Shown here: positions 39,768 to 44,659 of the stretch, in pieces
Position numbering within the stretch: position 1 is the stretch's first letter
Layout: the number at the start of each line of letters is the position of its first letter
Origin: Nitrospinota bacterium
GTDB taxonomy: Bacteria; Nitrospinota; Nitrospinia; Nitrospinales; VA-1
Length of the DNA stretch: 44,659 nt
Assembly (NCBI GenBank): GCA_038108555.1
Contig: JAYNIA010000019.1
Location: forward strand, 1 to 44,659
Direction of reading: 5' to 3'
The notes under the pieces: generated by a model
Seen by the model: the letters and a program-made list of their open reading frames with translations, nothing else
Told to the model about the DNA's origin: nothing
The model's database searches: none
Made by a program: the position numbers and the translations under genes

Positions 39768-40421
39768 ATGGGTTTCGATTTACCCCTTTTTGAGTCCGAG
39801 CCTGTCCTCGGAATCATTAGGGGGGTAAAAGAAGAAGATTTGGAAGGGGTCATAGAGGCCGCTCTTTTGGGGGGACTCAAATTTTTAGAAGTCACCCTGA
39901 ATACCCCCAATGCTTTCCACCTGATCCGTTTAATCAAAAACAAATACCCTCAAATTCAGTTAGGTGCCGGAACGGTACTATCCGTCGAAGAAGCCAAAAA
40001 AGCGATGGACTCGGGAGCCTGTTTTATTGTCTCCCCCAACCTGGAAGAAGAGGTGGCGGCCTTTTGCAGAAACAGCAATACGGCCTATTTTCCCGGGGCA
40101 ATGACTCCTACAGAAATCCAAAAGGCTTGGAAATCAGGGGCGACCATGGTCAAAGTATTCCCTGCTTCCCAGTTTGGACCCGGGTATTTAAAAATAATTA
40201 AAGGACCTTTCGAGAATATAAAACTGATGGCGGTTGGGGGTGTGAACTCCGCAAATATTAAAGATTATATGATCGCAGGTGCTGATGCTGTGGCCATGGG
40301 AGGTTCTATTTTTTCGAAGGAACGAATGGAAAATCGAAAGTTTGATGAAATTAAAAAAGATATTGAAGAATTTATGATTGCAGTAAAACAAAATTACTCT
40401 AAAATGATTTCAGAGGATTAA
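39768..40421 (+). CDS. eda: KDPG/KHG aldolase family protein
   Basis: GIIRG, LEVT, GAGTV, FIVSP, PGAMTPTE, VKVFPA, GGV. Confidence 0.88.
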   Translation: MGFDLPLFESEPVLGIIRGVKEEDLEGVIEAALLGGLKFLEVTLNTPNAFHLIRLIKNKYPQIQLGAGTVLSVEEAKKAMDSGACFIVSPNLEEEVAAFCRNSNTAYFPGAMTPTEIQKAWKSGATMVKVFPASQFGPGYLKIIKGPFENIKLMAVGGVNSANIKDYMIAGADAVAMGGSIFSKERMENRKFDEIKKDIEEFMIAVKQNYSKMISED

Positions 40422-40453
40422 ACAAACCGCCAGATTTTTTGATGGAGAAAAAA

Positions 40454-40720
40454 ATGAGTTTTGACTTTATGAAAGATTTTATGATGTTCGAAGATGAAGA
40501 GCGGTTTGCAAGTCTGTGCGAACAAATTGAAGAAGCCATAAGAGATGTTGAAGCCGGTGAGGGTAAGGTTTCCGAACTTGAAATAATGCAGGCGTTGGAC
40601 TTTGTGGGTTTTAATTTGTTTCGCGATAACTGGGAAGAGTACAAAAAGATGGATATGATGAATCGTGATCAGTCACATCCCACTGCTTTTAAAGGTAAAG
40701 ACAAAAGGTTTTTGCATTAA
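40454..40720 (+). CDS. Hypothetical acidic protein
   Basis: Open frame with GGAG before ATG 40454; the ORF track starts it at 40439. Confidence 0.6.
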   Translation: MSFDFMKDFMMFEDEERFASLCEQIEEAIRDVEAGEGKVSELEIMQALDFVGFNLFRDNWEEYKKMDMMNRDQSHPTAFKGKDKRFLH

Positions 40721-40763
40721 TCCCAATCCCTCCACTTCTACAGTATTCATTAAGTTTCCTGAA

Positions 40764-42632
40764 TTACTGGTTTTTCCCAGAATCGCTTTTGATGAAAAAT
40801 GTGTAAATAACGGCAAATGCAAAAAGGGCGAATAATATTGCCTGGCCAGCAAATGTCTCCCAGGTGGGGTACATTCCAAGCCAGGAAATGCTGGGCAGGA
40901 ATTCGGCCCCGGTCATGGGAAACTGTTCTCCCATCTGAAGTTCGTGGATACCTCGTCCCATAAAGACGAAAGCCATGTAATAAAGCAAGACACTTGTAAA
41001 ACCAAAAAACCATTTGATGGGAATTCGCATTCCCAGATAGTTGATTAAATAAAATACACCGGCCAATACCACACATCCAGCAAGAAAACCTGGAATGATG
41101 CCCCCTGTTGTTTCTCCAGCGTACAAAAACAGGGCTTTATAAAATAGTACGGTTTCAAAACCTTCCCTGTAAACAGAAATAAATGCAACGGCACTTAGGG
41201 TGAAGGTATTACCCTGCGACAAGGCACCACTCATTTTTTGATTTATATATTTCTGCCATTGTTTGTTGTCAATATTTGAAACAAGCCAATAACTGACCCA
41301 GAATAAAATAACAACGGTTACAAGCATAATCCAACCTTCTAAAACCTCCTGGCTGGCCATGCTGATATGCAGGATTTCATGAACAATGTAGGCAGTTAAA
41401 AAACTGGCCAAAATTCCCACTACGGCCCCAATATGTATGTTTTTCACCCGGGCATCGTTTCTGGATTTTTTCAGGAAGGCGATCAGGGCGGCAATTATAA
41501 GGATGGCTTCAAAACCTTCGCGAACGATGATAGAAAAGGATTGGATAAATAATCCTGTAAAACCCACCTCTTTGGTTAAAATTTCTTCTCCCCGAGCTAG
41601 ATCCAATAATATTTCACTATGAACTTTTTCTACCTTTTCAAGTGGAGCCCCTTGTTTGATATCACCACGAAAACGACTGAATGCTGATTCCAATTTTATT
41701 CCAAGGGCTTTGTCCTGAGTGACTAAATTGGATTCAATTTTTTCATAAATCAAGTAAGCATCGAAGGCAATCTCTGCTGCTTCTTCGTTGTTCCCATTTT
41801 TAAATTTCTCCAGGCTTGTAGAAAGCAGGCCGCGAACCTCACTTGCGACTTGAGCCGCATTTTTACTGTCCGCTTTACTTTCCATAGCCTCCAACTCAAG
41901 ATTTACCGGAGGAAGCTTTACATTTTTATTTGAGAAAGTCCGAAGGTAATAGGTGACATCCCAAATTTGGGCCTCTGTAAGAATTCCTGCCCATGATTTC
42001 ATAGCTGTATTGGCAATTCCTACATTGATGACTTCAAAGTTGTCATAGGCAACGGTGTTTTCATCGCCGGTTAGTTTAGGGTCAGATAAAACGGCAGGGC
42101 GGGGATCCAACTTGCCAGCATCGGGTCCATCACCATTTCCGGTCAAACCGTGGCATACCGCACAGTTTTTCTCGAAAATCTTTTTGCCATTGGAAAGTGA
42201 GACAGGAGTTATGGGAACTTTGTTGATTTCAATTTTAAAAGTAGCAACCAGTTGCGAATTTAGTTGGTTTACTTTTTCCCAAACTTTTTGGGAATCTACT
42301 TTTGTTTTAATCATTTCCTTTAATTCCGGGAAATGATTGCCTATATTTTTTGCTTCCCCAGCGTCTTTTATTTCTGTAGAAATTTTGGCAAATCGTTCGG
42401 TGGCCTGCTCCAGAAATACTTGGCTTTCTTTGTATTCAGGTGCAACGACTATTTTCCCATCTACAACTCCTTCTTCAAATTCTTTAGCCGCAATATTAAG
42501 CATCATTACAATTTTTTTAACTTTGCCCTGGGTTTCTTTATTTGATGATTCTCCCAAAGAAGGGGTGGAGATGAGGAAAAGGAACGACATTCCAATGAAT
42601 AAAAAGTTCTTTAAATGCTGAGATATGAACAT
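40764..42632 (-). CDS. Cytochrome c - FTR1 family iron permease fusion (EfeU/PbrT-like)
   Basis: Signal peptide, CAVCH heme motif with distal TAMK, two REGFE motifs in the C-terminal multi-TM domain. Confidence 0.93.
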   Translation of the reverse strand: MFISQHLKNFLFIGMSFLFLISTPSLGESSNKETQGKVKKIVMMLNIAAKEFEEGVVDGKIVVAPEYKESQVFLEQATERFAKISTEIKDAGEAKNIGNHFPELKEMIKTKVDSQKVWEKVNQLNSQLVATFKIEINKVPITPVSLSNGKKIFEKNCAVCHGLTGNGDGPDAGKLDPRPAVLSDPKLTGDENTVAYDNFEVINVGIANTAMKSWAGILTEAQIWDVTYYLRTFSNKNVKLPPVNLELEAMESKADSKNAAQVASEVRGLLSTSLEKFKNGNNEEAAEIAFDAYLIYEKIESNLVTQDKALGIKLESAFSRFRGDIKQGAPLEKVEKVHSEILLDLARGEEILTKEVGFTGLFIQSFSIIVREGFEAILIIAALIAFLKKSRNDARVKNIHIGAVVGILASFLTAYIVHEILHISMASQEVLEGWIMLVTVVILFWVSYWLVSNIDNKQWQKYINQKMSGALSQGNTFTLSAVAFISVYREGFETVLFYKALFLYAGETTGGIIPGFLAGCVVLAGVFYLINYLGMRIPIKWFFGFTSVLLYYMAFVFMGRGIHELQMGEQFPMTGAEFLPSISWLGMYPTWETFAGQAILFALFAFAVIYTFFIKSDSGKNQ

Positions 42633-42715
42633 AAATTATTTGTCCGGAAAATCAATCAGGGGCGTTTCAAGATTTTTCTGATTTTAGCAGAGGGGCTTAC
42701 CTGGGTGATCAAATT

Positions 42716-42734
42716 AATAATGAGAATAGTTATC
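42716..42734. promoter_or_regulatory. Fur box
   Basis: AATAATGAGAATAGTTATC matches GATAATGATAATCATTATC at 15/19; upstream of the iron permease. Confidence 0.75.
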
Positions 42735-42735
42735 A

Positions 42736-42764
42736 ATAATATGGTAAAACCTTTAAAAAGTCAA
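42736..42764 (-). promoter_or_regulatory. Putative sigma70 promoter of the FTR1 gene
   Basis: Minus strand TTGACT, 17 bp, TATTAT, directly abutting the Fur box. Confidence 0.65.
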
Positions 42765-43083
42765 TTATAAGGCCGCGAACAAAACTCACATAAGCCTTCA
42801 TTAGTATATTCCAATAAAAATAAAAATAACAAATTTTATAAAGGGGAATTCCTGAAATTATAAAAAAGTAAATGGGAGAACCGGATTTTTACCAATTTAT
42901 AGGAATGAATCAATCCAGTTGTTCCACAATTATTAAAAAAAATTAAACCATCAGTTATCTTTTATTTAATCTAAATAAAAAGGATTTTGTTTTTCAATGA
43001 AGTCCAAATTGGTTCTAATAATGAGGTAAAATATTTATAGGTTCTTAAGTACGAAAATTGTTTCACTAATTATGGAGAGAATA

Positions 43084-43548
43084 ATGTCCCATAGATATGT
43101 TCCGATTTTTATTTTACTGGTTACTTTGGCAGGTTGTTCACTACATTCAGGGTCCGTTTATGATCGTAATGAAATGGGTAACCCAACATCATTTAAAAAA
43201 GGAGTTATTTTGTCGGTTCGTGATGTAACTATCAAAGGAACCGAATCAGGTGCGGGAGCTGCTGCAGGGGCAGCTGCAGGTGGCCTGGCAGGTTCGACCC
43301 TGGGAGGAAACACTGCGACCCGAGCTCTAGCCGGATTGGGGGGGGCCGTCATTGGTGGAATTGTCGGACACACTACTGAAAATGCCATTACAGGAGGAGA
43401 TGCCTCTGAGTTTATTGTTCAGCCGGACGAGGGAGAACCTTATTCAATTGTCCAGGTGAATGATGAAGAATTAAAGGCTGGAGAAAGAGTCCTGATTATG
43501 GAATCCGGTCAATTACGAATTGTCCGTGATAACACCGCTAAAAAATAA
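43084..43548 (+). CDS. Glycine-zipper outer membrane lipoprotein (SlyB-like)
   Basis: LAGC lipobox; GAAAGAAAGGLAGS...GGAVIGGIVG; GGAG before ATG 43084. Confidence 0.85.
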   Translation: MSHRYVPIFILLVTLAGCSLHSGSVYDRNEMGNPTSFKKGVILSVRDVTIKGTESGAGAAAGAAAGGLAGSTLGGNTATRALAGLGGAVIGGIVGHTTENAITGGDASEFIVQPDEGEPYSIVQVNDEELKAGERVLIMESGQLRIVRDNTAKK

Positions 43549-43550
43549 TT

Positions 43551-44659
43551 ATGAATCCAAATTATCAGAAGTTAGTGCAGCGGCTGGAAGAAAACAGCCG
43601 ATTGGGTGGGATCATGGGGATCCTGCATTGGGACCAGGAAGTCATAATGCCTAGCGGTGCTGCTGAATCGCGTGCGAAACAAATGGGAGTGCTGGCGGGA
43701 ATCATCCATGAAAAAAGTACAGACCCTGCCATTGGTGAATTATTGGAAGGTTTGAGTCAGGAGAATTCATTCAATAGTTTTGAGCAGTGTAATATTAATG
43801 AAGCCCGGCGTGAGTATGAAATGGAAACAAAGGTTCCCAAAAACCTTGTTATGGAACTTGCCGAGCTATCTTCAAAAGGCCATCAGGTTTGGGTCAAGGC
43901 CCGTTCTGAAAATAAATTTTCAGATTTTGCTCCGGTGTTGGGCCAACTGATCGAGCTTAAAAAACGTTGGGCGGAATATGTGTCACCTGAATTACAATCC
44001 TATGATGCCAATATCGATTTATACGAGCGTGGTACCACTATGGCAGATATTACGCCCGTATTTGATGCCCTGAAGGCGGAACTCATTCCCCTGATTCATG
44101 ATATTCAAGCATCCGATTACAAACCGGATACTTCATTTTTGGCAGGTGAATTTCCCGTTAACAAACAAGAAGAGTTGGGGCGGAAAATAAGTAAAGAAAT
44201 GGGATTTGCCTTTGACCACGGGCGCATGGATGTTTCGGTCCACCCTTTCTGCGGTGGAAGTCATCCTACTGATGTCCGCATAACCACCCGATATCGAACC
44301 GATAACTTTATTGAATCATTATATGCTGTTATCCATGAAACCGGTCATGGTTTGTATGAGCAGGGAAGAATGAAGGAAGGGAGAGACCTTCCCGCTTCGG
44401 AAGCTCTCACCATGGGCATTCATGAATCGCAATCTTTGTTCTGGGAGAGAATGATTGCTCAGAGTCTTCCTTTTTGTAAGCGTTATCTGCCCACAATCAC
44501 TGAAACTTTTCCGGATAATTTTAAAGGGATTTCTGCGGATCAATTTTATGAAGCAGTTAATACCAGCGAGCCGTCATTCATCCGTGTCGAAGCTGATGAG
44601 GTGACTTATCCGATGCATGTTATTTTGCGATACGAAATTGAAAAGGGATTGTTTGATGG
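43551..44659 (+). CDS. Carboxypeptidase M32 (Taq family), runs off the window end
   Basis: Manual translation MNPNYQKLVQRL...LHWDQEVIMP; HPFC, DVRITTRY, HETGHGLYEQG, HESQSL, IRVEADE. Missing from the ORF track because no stop lies in the window. Confidence 0.94.
   Translation, partial: MNPNYQKLVQRLEENSRLGGIMGILHWDQEVIMPSGAAESRAKQMGVLAGIIHEKSTDPAIGELLEGLSQENSFNSFEQCNINEARREYEMETKVPKNLVMELAELSSKGHQVWVKARSENKFSDFAPVLGQLIELKKRWAEYVSPELQSYDANIDLYERGTTMADITPVFDALKAELIPLIHDIQASDYKPDTSFLAGEFPVNKQEELGRKISKEMGFAFDHGRMDVSVHPFCGGSHPTDVRITTRYRTDNFIESLYAVIHETGHGLYEQGRMKEGRDLPASEALTMGIHESQSLFWERMIAQSLPFCKRYLPTITETFPDNFKGISADQFYEAVNTSEPSFIRVEADEVTYPMHVILRYEIEKGLFD

Overview
AT-rich bacterial chromosomal window of mostly core genes, with no rRNA, tRNA, CRISPR array, transposase or prophage recognised. 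The gene content points to a marine nitrite oxidiser of the Nitrospinota (Nitrospina-like); this is an inference from the cytochrome bd-like oxidase plus membrane diheme cytochrome c, together with FGE/SUMF1, DUF1566, LRR and pentapeptide proteins. Main content: bd-like oxidase/cytochrome c pair; GT2/LAB_N module; rlmN; acs; TPR and FGE lipoproteins; fur; hisS; class I fbp; typA; xerD; the yceD-rpmF-plsX-fabH-fabD-fabG-acpP-fabF-rnc operon; mgtE; GAF/HD-GYP; EVE; a DRE-TIM + Eda aldolase pair; a cytochrome c-FTR1 iron permease with a Fur box; an M32 carboxypeptidase running off the end. The most interesting observations are a highly divergent SDR with FabI-type enoyl-ACP reductase motifs, the bd-like oxidase with a poly-acidic N-terminus and extra helices, MinD-like amphipathic tails on FBPase and PlsX, a lipoyl domain lacking its lysine, a cNMP-binding gene interrupted by an in-frame TAG, an orphan degenerate HEPN and two gene remnants. 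No clearly new multi-gene system can be claimed from the sequence alone.
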